From Myxococcota bacterium (GTDB lineage Bacteria > Myxococcota_A > UBA9160 > SZUA-336), in assembly GCA_965247115.1 (NCBI GenBank), contig CBDFGR010000003.1:480001-544000 (forward strand): a stretch of DNA of 64,000 bases, in the 5' to 3' direction. The notes beneath the pieces were generated by a model. That model was given only the letters and a program-made list of their open reading frames with translations. It made no database searches and was not told the DNA's origin. This document shows positions 1 through 7,195 of the stretch, in pieces. The stretch's first letter is position 1. Each line of letters starts with the position of its first letter. The translations under genes and the position numbers were made by a program.

Positions 1-1172
1 CTCGGCCACGAGAAGACGCCGCCCAGCTCTTTGTGAAGCTCAAAGAAGAGCCCGAGCACCAGCATCCGCAGTCCCGCCCGACCATCCTCCTCGGGACATG
101 CGAGCCCTCCCTGCCCTGCCAGCCATTCGGGCAGGGGAAGAACGCCGTGGTCGGAGGTGAGCACGACCAGCAGGCTTCCCGCTCCCAGCTCAGCGTTCAG
201 GAAGTCGAGAAAGCGGTCGAGCTCGCGATCGAGACGCACCAGTGTGTCGCGCGACTCGTGGCTGTAGGGACCGTAGAGATGGCCGACCCGATCCGTGGCG
301 GACAGCGAGATCGCGAGCAGGTCCGGACCCTCTCCCCGACCGAGCCGCGTTCTCGTGACGAGCTCTCTGGCGAAGCGCAACGTGACCTGATCGAGATAAG
401 GGGTGGCGTAGAGATTCTCTGCAAACCGCTCGGGGTCTCCGTGCAAGAGCGGATGGCCGCTGGTGCGACCGTACTCCGGAGACTCGCCGGGAAAGTCGTC
501 CGTCCTCCCGGCGGGCACGCCGCTCGCCACGTCGTGTGTCCACGTCCGGGGCAGGCCGGTGGTGAGCGCAGCGTTGAAGGCCGTCACCCAGGCCGGGCGC
601 TCGTCCACGTAGTAGCGGCTCGTGGTGAAGCCAACAGCGTCGCTGCGGTTCAGCCAGTAGGCGGCATCCGCGCTCTGTCCACCGAGCATGATGGCGGCTC
701 GGTCCTTGCCAGAAACGCTGAAGACACGCGTCTCGGGCCGCGCACGCTTCATCCAGTCTCCGAGCGACGTCGAGCGCAGGTGTCGCGGAGAACGGCCGTG
801 CTCCGCGCCGAACACGAGCGCATCCTCGCGCGGATCCTCGACGCAATAGGTCGGCCTTCCACCCTCACCATCAAGGAAGCGGTTGCCAGGAATTCCACTC
901 CCCGATGGGTGTCGGCCGGTGACCATGCTGGCGTGTCCCGGACAGGTCTCGGTAGTCGCGTGGTCGAGCCACGCGTTCGTGTAGCGCAGCCCTTCCCTCG
1001 CGATCCGACCGAGCCCTCCTGGCAGGCCCTCGTCGACCCGGTCTGCGCGCAGCTGGTCGATCGACAGCAGCAGCACGAGGCGCGGCAGCTCCGCTGCCGA
1101 AGCCGGGCCCGCGCTGCCGCTCGCCACGAGGAGAAGCGTCGCGAGAGCGCCGCTGAAGCGTACGCGACTCAC
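1..1172 (-). CDS. Alkaline phosphatase/nucleotide pyrophosphatase family (PafA-like) protein, 3' end outside window
   Basis: Not in the ORF track because it runs off the edge. Manual translation from GTG at 1172 gives MSRVRFSGALATLLLVASGSAGPASAAELPRLVLLLSIDQLRAD...HATTETCPGHASMVTGRHPS..GIPGN: signal peptide, IDQLRAD metal motif and TxPGH nucleophile motif. Confidence 0.85.
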   Translation of the reverse strand, partial: MSRVRFSGALATLLLVASGSAGPASAAELPRLVLLLSIDQLRADRVDEGLPGGLGRIAREGLRYTNAWLDHATTETCPGHASMVTGRHPSGSGIPGNRFLDGEGGRPTYCVEDPREDALVFGAEHGRSPRHLRSTSLGDWMKRARPETRVFSVSGKDRAAIMLGGQSADAAYWLNRSDAVGFTTSRYYVDERPAWVTAFNAALTTGLPRTWTHDVASGVPAGRTDDFPGESPEYGRTSGHPLLHGDPERFAENLYATPYLDQVTLRFARELVTRTRLGRGEGPDLLAISLSATDRVGHLYGPYSHESRDTLVRLDRELDRFLDFLNAELGAGSLLVVLTSDHGVLPLPEWLAGQGGLACPEEDGRAGLRMLVLGLFFELHKELGGVFSWP

Positions 1173-1194
1173 GCCAACCCGGGCGGAGCGGGGC

Positions 1195-2052
1195 TCAGCC
1201 GCGCTCCGCCACCAGGGTCTGCAGCCGCGCCCACTCGTCGAGGTAGCGCGCGAGGTGGGACCGGTCGGCCTGCCGACTCTCCGTGTGCAGAAGCTCGCGG
1301 AGGCGCTCCTGCTCCAGGGCGTACTCGTCGCTTGTGAAGTGGCCACCGAAGTGCGCGAGCCGCAGCCACAGCAGATAGGTCGTGAGCGCGTCGAACTCGT
1401 TGTACTGCACGATCTTCGCGAGCTCGCCGTCGAGCCACAAGCGCGCGACCTGGCTTCCGTCCACCTCCATCTTGCCCGGGATTCCGGACTGGGTCGCGAG
1501 CTCGTGCAACGACGGCGTTCCCCTGCCAAAGCCAGCGAGAATTCGCTTCAGGTCCACGTTCCAATCGCTGCTGCGAGCGAAGTAGTCAACGCCCTCCCAG
1601 GGCCGCTCTGGCCGCTCGCAGAAAGCCGCCGAGCGCAAGCCAAGAATCGTGCCGCGCTGCAAAAGCAGCTTGAGGTCCGAGTCGATCGAGTTGAAACCTA
1701 CCAGCTGCGGTCGGCGCTGACCGACGGCGTCGAGAAAGGTGCTGACGATGTGGGCTTCCGTGCACTCGTCGTCGGAGGACGGATCGCGGGGCAGGGACAG
1801 CAGGTACAGGGTCACCCCTGTGTCGGTGACGCGCCTCTCGACCGCCGCGATCGAGACCACACGACTGACGGCCAGCTTGAGAAAGGGCGTGGGATCCTCC
1901 GGCGTCGCTCCGCCCCGTTGCCACATGAGCTTCATGATCTCTTCGGGATCGGTCACGGAGTCCGGCACATCGTAGAGCAGACGCCCCGCCAGGGGGTCCG
2001 GGATCCACTCAGCGTCGAAGGCCCACACTCGCTCGGCGACGTACTTGATCAT
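1195..2052 (-). CDS. 3'-5' exonuclease related to the PolB exonuclease domain (DEDD)
   Basis: ExoI FDAEW, ExoII LVGFNSIDSDL and ExoIII YNEFDALTTY motifs; SLHELA..GIPGK segment typical of this family. Confidence 0.85.
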   Translation of the reverse strand: MIKYVAERVWAFDAEWIPDPLAGRLLYDVPDSVTDPEEIMKLMWQRGGATPEDPTPFLKLAVSRVVSIAAVERRVTDTGVTLYLLSLPRDPSSDDECTEAHIVSTFLDAVGQRRPQLVGFNSIDSDLKLLLQRGTILGLRSAAFCERPERPWEGVDYFARSSDWNVDLKRILAGFGRGTPSLHELATQSGIPGKMEVDGSQVARLWLDGELAKIVQYNEFDALTTYLLWLRLAHFGGHFTSDEYALEQERLRELLHTESRQADRSHLARYLDEWARLQTLVAERG

Positions 2053-2136
2053 GCTCGGCCGTCGGGAACGATAGTACCAACCGTCAGGGGCCGCGTCGGG
2101 TGCAACTCGCCAGCATTGAGTCGCTTCTCCAGCCCG

Positions 2137-2541
2137 CTAGGGACTGGCAGCGACGGAGACCGCGAGCCCTAGACGACCCGCGGCACTCATTGCGCTCAGG
2201 CCATCTTCCCAGCGCGTGTCCGCGTCGGCGCGCAGCGTGATGGCAGACGCGTGCGAGTCTGCGAGCGCCTCTTCCAGGCCTCGGAGTCCGCCGGCGATGC
2301 GCCGATCATCCAGCCAGACCTCGGGCTCCCCGGCAGACCTGGGGCGCAGCGTGACATTCAGCGCCGCCGCGTCGGCGCTTCCCAGTGCGTTCGCACTGCT
2401 CTTCGGGAGCTCGATCGGCGGCAGCGTGGTCTCCTGTGCGTGCGACACCAGCCAGACGATCGCCACCATGAGCGCGGCCATGGTGAGGAGCATGATGTCG
2501 GGAGCTCCCTCCAGACCCGTACCGGGATTCCAGCGGCGCAT
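2137..2541 (-). CDS. ExbD/TolR-like biopolymer transport protein
   Basis: ATG at 2541 overlaps the upstream stop. Single TM with the conserved Asp (APDIMLLTM), IELPK motif and C-terminal ITLRADADTRWEDGLSAMSAAGRLG. Confidence 0.8.
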   Translation of the reverse strand: MRRWNPGTGLEGAPDIMLLTMAALMVAIVWLVSHAQETTLPPIELPKSSANALGSADAAALNVTLRPRSAGEPEVWLDDRRIAGGLRGLEEALADSHASAITLRADADTRWEDGLSAMSAAGRLGLAVSVAASP

Positions 2542-3293
2542 CAAACGCGCACCTCGCGGACGGGGAGTGCGCTGTCGAGTCGCCGCCACAGAACGTCGCG
2601 GATCCTGGCGTGCCACTCGTCGGGCACAGCTCGGACGAGCTCGAGTCGCAGTGCTTCGGGCTGACGCGCCCGTAGCGCCAGCACCAGCGCCTCGAGCCCC
2701 GCAGCATCGTCACCGAGCGCATTTCCCTCCAGCTCGAAGCTCACTCCTCCCGCGCTCCGCTGGACCTGCACGCGGGACCACGCGGGGTTGAGCGTGGCGA
2801 TCACGAGCGTGGCGATCTGCAGGCCCAGACCCAGGAGCGTGGAGGTCATGGCCGCTCCCAGACCCGCCAGCAGGACGGGAAGGCGCGAGAGAAAGTCGCC
2901 TCCCCCGAGCGCATCAAAGGCAAAGCTCAGACCCCAGACGGTTCCGCAGAGCCCGAGCGCGGCGAAAAGCGGCGCGAGCTGACCCAGCTCTGGTCGTACC
3001 GGAGAGGCCGGCGGCCCGTGACCGTGGCGGGTCCGCAGGGCCCGGGCGGCAAGCCAGCCCACCCGCAAGGCAACCAGGAGCATGGGGACCCAGACCGGCC
3101 CCAGTCTGCCGTTCAGAGCGTCGACCAGGTGAACACCCCCCCGGGCCAGCTCGGTCGCCGAGCCAAGCGCAGGTGCCTCGGGCCCCACGCGCAGCGCGAG
3201 CACGCCGAGACCCCCGAGCACCGCGCCCAGAGCCGCAGAGCGCAGCAGGGGTGCCAGCCACGGGCGGGCCAGCGACAGGGCATCGGCGCTCAA
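2541..3293 (-). CDS. MotA/TolQ/ExbB proton-channel family protein with extra C-terminal domain
   Basis: APLFAALGLCGTVWGL and GLGAAMTSTLLGL match the ExbB/TolQ TM2-TM3 signatures. Likely TTG start at 3293 overlapping the upstream TGA; the ORF track start is 3365. Confidence 0.8.
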   Translation of the reverse strand: MSADALSLARPWLAPLLRSAALGAVLGGLGVLALRVGPEAPALGSATELARGGVHLVDALNGRLGPVWVPMLLVALRVGWLAARALRTRHGHGPPASPVRPELGQLAPLFAALGLCGTVWGLSFAFDALGGGDFLSRLPVLLAGLGAAMTSTLLGLGLQIATLVIATLNPAWSRVQVQRSAGGVSFELEGNALGDDAAGLEALVLALRARQPEALRLELVRAVPDEWHARIRDVLWRRLDSALPVREVRV

Positions 3294-3670
3294 CGCGAGC
3301 CCCCGCGGACTCGAAAGACCTCCCCGGCGAGTCCCTTTCCCGGCGCGGGGATGAGACCACTCCACTCCAGCTCGTTCGCGAGCAGCAGCGCGCCCAGGCG
3401 GTCCCGCTCGAGCCCGTGCGGGAGTGTCGTCGTGTGCAGGCGAGCGGGGAGCAACGGGCTCGACGAGCAGGCCACAATGCCGTGCTCGGCCTGCACCAGC
3501 TCGAGCAGCGCGTTTGCGGGCGGCTCCTGCGTGAACCAGTCATGGACTGATTCGACCACGATCGCACGCTGCCAGCCGCGCTTGCCGTTACATGATACGG
3601 TGTCAGCAGTCGCGGTCGACGCCGAGAGCGTCAGCAGCCCTGCCAGGCCAAGTACTCCGATTCGGATCAT
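3290..3670 (-). CDS. Secreted hypothetical protein
   Basis: ATG at 3670 with GAGGAGAGG RBS; Sec-type signal peptide MIRIGVLGLAGLLTLSASTATA; two Cys. Confidence 0.7.
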   Translation of the reverse strand: MIRIGVLGLAGLLTLSASTATADTVSCNGKRGWQRAIVVESVHDWFTQEPPANALLELVQAEHGIVACSSSPLLPARLHTTTLPHGLERDRLGALLLANELEWSGLIPAPGKGLAGEVFRVRGGSR

Positions 3671-3696
3671 GCGCCTCTCCTCTTGGTTCGTTGGGT

Positions 3697-4656
3697 TCAG
3701 CGGCAGTCGCCCCACTCCACGCAGTCATCGAAGCCATCGAGCGGGTCGGCGGACGCGGTGGTGCCGGAGAACGCCTCCTCTTCGATGTCTTCCAGGACGC
3801 GCCGCGTGGAGTCCTCGATGTCGAGGTCCGGGAGCTCGAGCCCCCGGATCGCTCCGAGCCGCGCAAAGTGAAGCCTCAGCATCTGGTTCTGGGCAGCCAC
3901 CTGGAGCAGCAGGCCCTGGTGATCGAGGGCCCCGCGCAGCGCGCGCGCCTGGTCGATCAGCGAACGGACCACAAAGGTGCGTTCGCGCACCAGCTCGACG
4001 GTCAGCCGGATGCCTTCGGAGGCTTTCGCCCGTCGCAGGTTGCGGTTCAGCACCCGCGACGTCGCCCAGAGGGCCCGGAACCGCGGGTCGTCGCGTGTGA
4101 GCGTGCCCCACTCCTCGAGCACGGCCAGGGCGATGCCTGTTCCCTGCTGCAGCGACCGGAAGGCGGCCTCCGCCTGTACTTCGTTCCCGCTCTGCTCGAG
4201 TCGACCCGAGTGTTCCAGCGCCAGGGCCAGCTTCTCCAGATTCTCGAGGATCGCGCTGCCGTGGACGTCGAAGGAGCGGATCGCGTCGAGGTCGGCAGCG
4301 TGCCGCTCCGCAAGCGCCTCGAGGTAGCGAGACTTCACCTCGATGCGATGCTCCTCCATCACTCGGGCGGCCGGCGAGTCGGGCTCCCGTTGCTCGGGCT
4401 GGAGCTCGCGCCGCTCACGCTCGATGGTGTCGAGCTCCTCCTCGATGCCGGAGATACGGGACTCGGTGAGGGCCCGTCGCGCCTCGATCTCGGTGGACGA
4501 GCTCTGCAGCTCCTCGTAGTGGTCGCTGATCGCCCGGTTCAAGCTGTCGATCTGGTCCAGCGTCTCCTCGTCAAAGGGCACCGCGGGGGCACCCGTCGCA
4601 AGAGAGGGGGTCGTGAGCAGCAGCGCGACGAAGCAGCTGAGCGTCTTGTGGAGCAT
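3697..4656 (-). CDS. Secreted coiled-coil hypothetical protein
   Basis: ATG at 4656 with AGGAGG RBS; signal peptide; long E/L/R-rich heptad-like helices; C-terminal CxxWGDC. Confidence 0.75.
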   Translation of the reverse strand: MLHKTLSCFVALLLTTPSLATGAPAVPFDEETLDQIDSLNRAISDHYEELQSSSTEIEARRALTESRISGIEEELDTIERERRELQPEQREPDSPAARVMEEHRIEVKSRYLEALAERHAADLDAIRSFDVHGSAILENLEKLALALEHSGRLEQSGNEVQAEAAFRSLQQGTGIALAVLEEWGTLTRDDPRFRALWATSRVLNRNLRRAKASEGIRLTVELVRERTFVVRSLIDQARALRGALDHQGLLLQVAAQNQMLRLHFARLGAIRGLELPDLDIEDSTRRVLEDIEEEAFSGTTASADPLDGFDDCVEWGDCR

Positions 4657-4713
4657 GGTTCCTCCTGATGTCCGCCGAGAGAAGTTCGGATCAAGCACCG
4701 TCCCCACGTTCGG

Positions 4714-5256
4714 TCAAGGAAGCCCGCGAGCGCGGTACTCCCGCTCGTAGCGCAGCACGCGCGCGATATAGGAACGAGTGCTCGTCGGCACCGACGCAAG
4801 TCCGCGCCCTGCGCGTTCGGGTCCCGCGTGGTAGGCGGCCAGCGCGAGCCTCACGTTTTGGAAGCTCTCGAGCTGGTCCGCGAGGTAGCGCGCGGCGCCG
4901 TCGAGGTTCTGGGCGGGGTCGAACGGATCGCGCACCGCGAGCGCGTCCGCCGTCTTGGGCATCAGCTGGCCCAGCCCCTGCGCCCCGGCGACCGATACGG
5001 CCTTCGGATCGAAGCCACTCTCCGTGCGCACCAGCGCCGCCAGTAGCGAGCTCGAAAGACCGTGGCGTCGGGCGGCCGTGCGGATCTCCAGAGCAAAGGG
5101 CACGTGCACGGTGGGCGCGACGACGGGTAGCCACTGGCCCCGAGCGATGCGCTGCAGACGCGCCAGCGCCGCGCGGTCAGACGCGTGCGCCGGCGCTGAC
5201 AGGCCCAGGACCAGGAGGATCCCGACAGCGAAGAGGCGGAGAGGGATGAGCCTCAT
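4714..5256 (-). CDS. Lytic transglycosylase (SLT domain)
   Basis: ESGF catalytic Glu, AxSxAGAQGLGQLMP, DPAQN..GAARYL, ALAAYHAG and YI..V motifs; signal peptide. Confidence 0.95.
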   Translation of the reverse strand: MRLIPLRLFAVGILLVLGLSAPAHASDRAALARLQRIARGQWLPVVAPTVHVPFALEIRTAARRHGLSSSLLAALVRTESGFDPKAVSVAGAQGLGQLMPKTADALAVRDPFDPAQNLDGAARYLADQLESFQNVRLALAAYHAGPERAGRGLASVPTSTRSYIARVLRYEREYRARGLP

Positions 5257-6038
5257 GTGCGCTCCGCCGCGGAGAGATCGATCCGCAGCCCGAGCTCGCG
5301 CTCACTGCCGTCGCGTAGCGCGACCGTGAGGACCTCGCACTGAAGTCTGCCGCCGCGCAGCTCGTAGGCCACGTCGACGCGCAGCAGCGAGTCCGAGCTC
5401 ACGCCGAGCTCGCGCAGACGCCGATCGAGGGCGCCGAGCAGCGCCGCGTCCAGGCTTGCCGGTGGCAGCAGCACGACTCGAGAGACGCGCGCACCATAGC
5501 GCTCCCGGCCGAGCGCGAGAGCGCTCTGCAGGTGACGGGTGACGTCCCGCGGCCAGCGGCTGAGCTCTTCCCGGAGACCTTCGGCCCCGAGCAGGCCGCT
5601 GCGCGGGTCCACCTCGGCGAGCGCTCGACGCGCCCGCGGGTCGTACACGTAGAACGCGCCCCCCACCTCGAGGACAGCCTCCCGGTAGGCGGCGAAGCCG
5701 ATCCGGATGTAGGTGGCCCGCAGTCGGGGGAAGGCCCCCGCGCGCAGCAGGGCGTCCCCACGCGCGAGGGCCTCGGGATCAGGGCGCAGCGCGGCAGGTT
5801 CGCTCTCCGCCCCGATCTCTGGCTTTGCGAGCTCGGCCCTGGGCGCAGGCGTCTCCCGCACCGGTGGCGCGAGCTCAGGCTCGCTCGGCTCCGCAAGCTC
5901 GATGCGCGCGATCTCGATCGCGCGCACAGCAGCAGTAGCGACGCTGGGCTTGCTGCGCTGCGCGCCGCCAGCGCGGAAGAGCAAGATCACGCTGAGCGCG
6001 ACCGCTATCGTGACCGCCCACTCGAGCGTGCGCCTCAC
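5253..6038 (-). CDS. Membrane-anchored protein with Pro/Glu-rich linker (TonB/TolA-like topology, unknown C-domain)
   Basis: GTG at 6038 overlaps the upstream TGA. TM WAVTIAVALSVILLF, linker EPSEPELAPPVRETPAP, then a globular domain. Stop overlaps the SLT start. Confidence 0.65.
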   Translation of the reverse strand: MRRTLEWAVTIAVALSVILLFRAGGAQRSKPSVATAAVRAIEIARIELAEPSEPELAPPVRETPAPRAELAKPEIGAESEPAALRPDPEALARGDALLRAGAFPRLRATYIRIGFAAYREAVLEVGGAFYVYDPRARRALAEVDPRSGLLGAEGLREELSRWPRDVTRHLQSALALGRERYGARVSRVVLLPPASLDAALLGALDRRLRELGVSSDSLLRVDVAYELRGGRLQCEVLTVALRDGSERELGLRIDLSAAERT

Positions 6039-6445
6039 GGGCTCGGCCCACGTGCGAGGTCCATGACACGATCGAGTCGCGAACGGATCTCCTCTGCCTG
6101 AAGCCGGCTCAGCTCGCGCGCCGACGTCGGCTCGGGGTGCAACGCCGAAGCTCCTCCCTCGGGCAGGAGCGACCCAACCGAGTCTTCCGACGGACCGAGA
6201 TCCGGCTCGAACTCCCGGCGAGCGGATACGTCCGGCAGGCCGGCATGGGTCGCGTCGAGCGTCGAGGACTCGAGCTGGCTCGGGCGCGCCGCGAGCTCCG
6301 CGGTCTCGGTAAGGGCATCCAGCGCGTCCGCCACGCCCTCGCTCACGCGGGCGGCCGGCTCGCGCCAGCTGCCTGTGTCGAGCGCCAGGTCGACCCCCCA
6401 GATGACGAGGGCCGCGCTCCCCAGCGTCGCGAGCAGGCGGATCAT
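6035..6445 (-). CDS. Hypothetical protein with N-terminal membrane anchor
   Basis: Hydrophobic N-terminus, acidic disordered middle and short C-terminal helix; 4-bp overlaps with both neighbours. Confidence 0.7.
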   Translation of the reverse strand: MIRLLATLGSAALVIWGVDLALDTGSWREPAARVSEGVADALDALTETAELAARPSQLESSTLDATHAGLPDVSARREFEPDLGPSEDSVGSLLPEGGASALHPEPTSARELSRLQAEEIRSRLDRVMDLARGPSP

Positions 6446-6954
6446 CCGCCGACCTCGAGCGGCGGGAGCAGCCGCCGCAGATCACGCGGGATCCGTGCAG
6501 ACCCCGTCATCTGACCGCAGAGACGATCCCGAATGGCCAGATGGACGAAGAGCTCACCGGCCGCCTTCTCGCTGCGACTCGCCTCGCGCTCCCAGGCTCC
6601 CACAGCCTGGATGTAGAGCTCTCGATCCCCCGCCCGGAGCGCGCTGCGCGCCGCAAGGCGCTGGCAGGCGCGGCGCAGGTCGCGCTCCACCCTGGGGTCC
6701 GCCACGTCGCCCGCGAGCAGACACATACGGGCCGCCCCGGCGTAGTCAGGGCCGCCGGTCCGCTCCGGGTCGAGCAGATGAAGCGCCGCCTCGGCCAGCT
6801 CGCCGGGGCGCGACGGGTCGGCGTCCTCCGGGGAGAGGGCCTTCGCGGGATCGGAGGGCATGCTGTAGAGCCCCGGGGCGGGACGGACCGAGGCACAGCC
6901 TGCGAGCAGCAGTATGGACAGGGCGAGAGAGTGCAATTTCGGGGCTTCGGTCAC
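6442..6954 (-). CDS. Helical lipoprotein, first gene of the envelope operon
   Basis: AGGAGG RBS before GTG; lipobox LLAG-C; alpha-helical, TPR-like body. Confidence 0.75.
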   Translation of the reverse strand: MTEAPKLHSLALSILLLAGCASVRPAPGLYSMPSDPAKALSPEDADPSRPGELAEAALHLLDPERTGGPDYAGAARMCLLAGDVADPRVERDLRRACQRLAARSALRAGDRELYIQAVGAWEREASRSEKAAGELFVHLAIRDRLCGQMTGSARIPRDLRRLLPPLEVGG

Positions 6955-7005
6955 TGGCTTCCTCCTGCCGGTCGGGGCTCTCTACCAGCCTCACCCTGGC
7001 GCTCT

Positions 7006-7086
7006 GGCGTTTCGACGCCGCCCGCCACCGGCGCGGGATGCTCGAGTGAGCCCGCGTTTCGGGACTGTCTGAAACACGCAGCTCAC
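7006..7086. promoter_or_regulatory. Structured divergent intergenic region: hairpins and a repeated GCGTTTCG
   Basis: GGCGT-TTCG-ACGCC hairpin at 7006-7019; GCGTTTCG at 7007-7014 and 7054-7061; imperfect dyad GTGAGC (7046-7051) / GCTCAC (7081-7086) enclosing GCGTTTC...GAAACACGC. Confidence 0.35.
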
Positions 7087-7195
7087 GCCGCGACGAGACC
7101 ATGCTGCAACGGTTAACAGCTCCAGCGCTTCGGTCGGGGCCGAATACCCGCTACAGGCCGAGCGCCTAACTGTGTGAGACTTGGAGGACCCGCCC

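Noticed and set aside
33..1337. 434-aa plus-strand ORF and the many similar long antisense or alternate-frame ORFs (e.g. 10452-11915, 14737-16713, 30892-32667, 52632-54593)
   Set aside because: Shadow ORFs of real genes on the opposite strand or in another frame. They are expected at high GC, are rich in R/A/G/P and carry no family motifs.
2137..3293. Zorya (ZorAB) or flagellar MotAB assignment
   Set aside because: The second subunit is ExbD-like, with no OmpA-type peptidoglycan-binding domain. There is no long ZorA tail and no zorC/D/E or flagellar genes.
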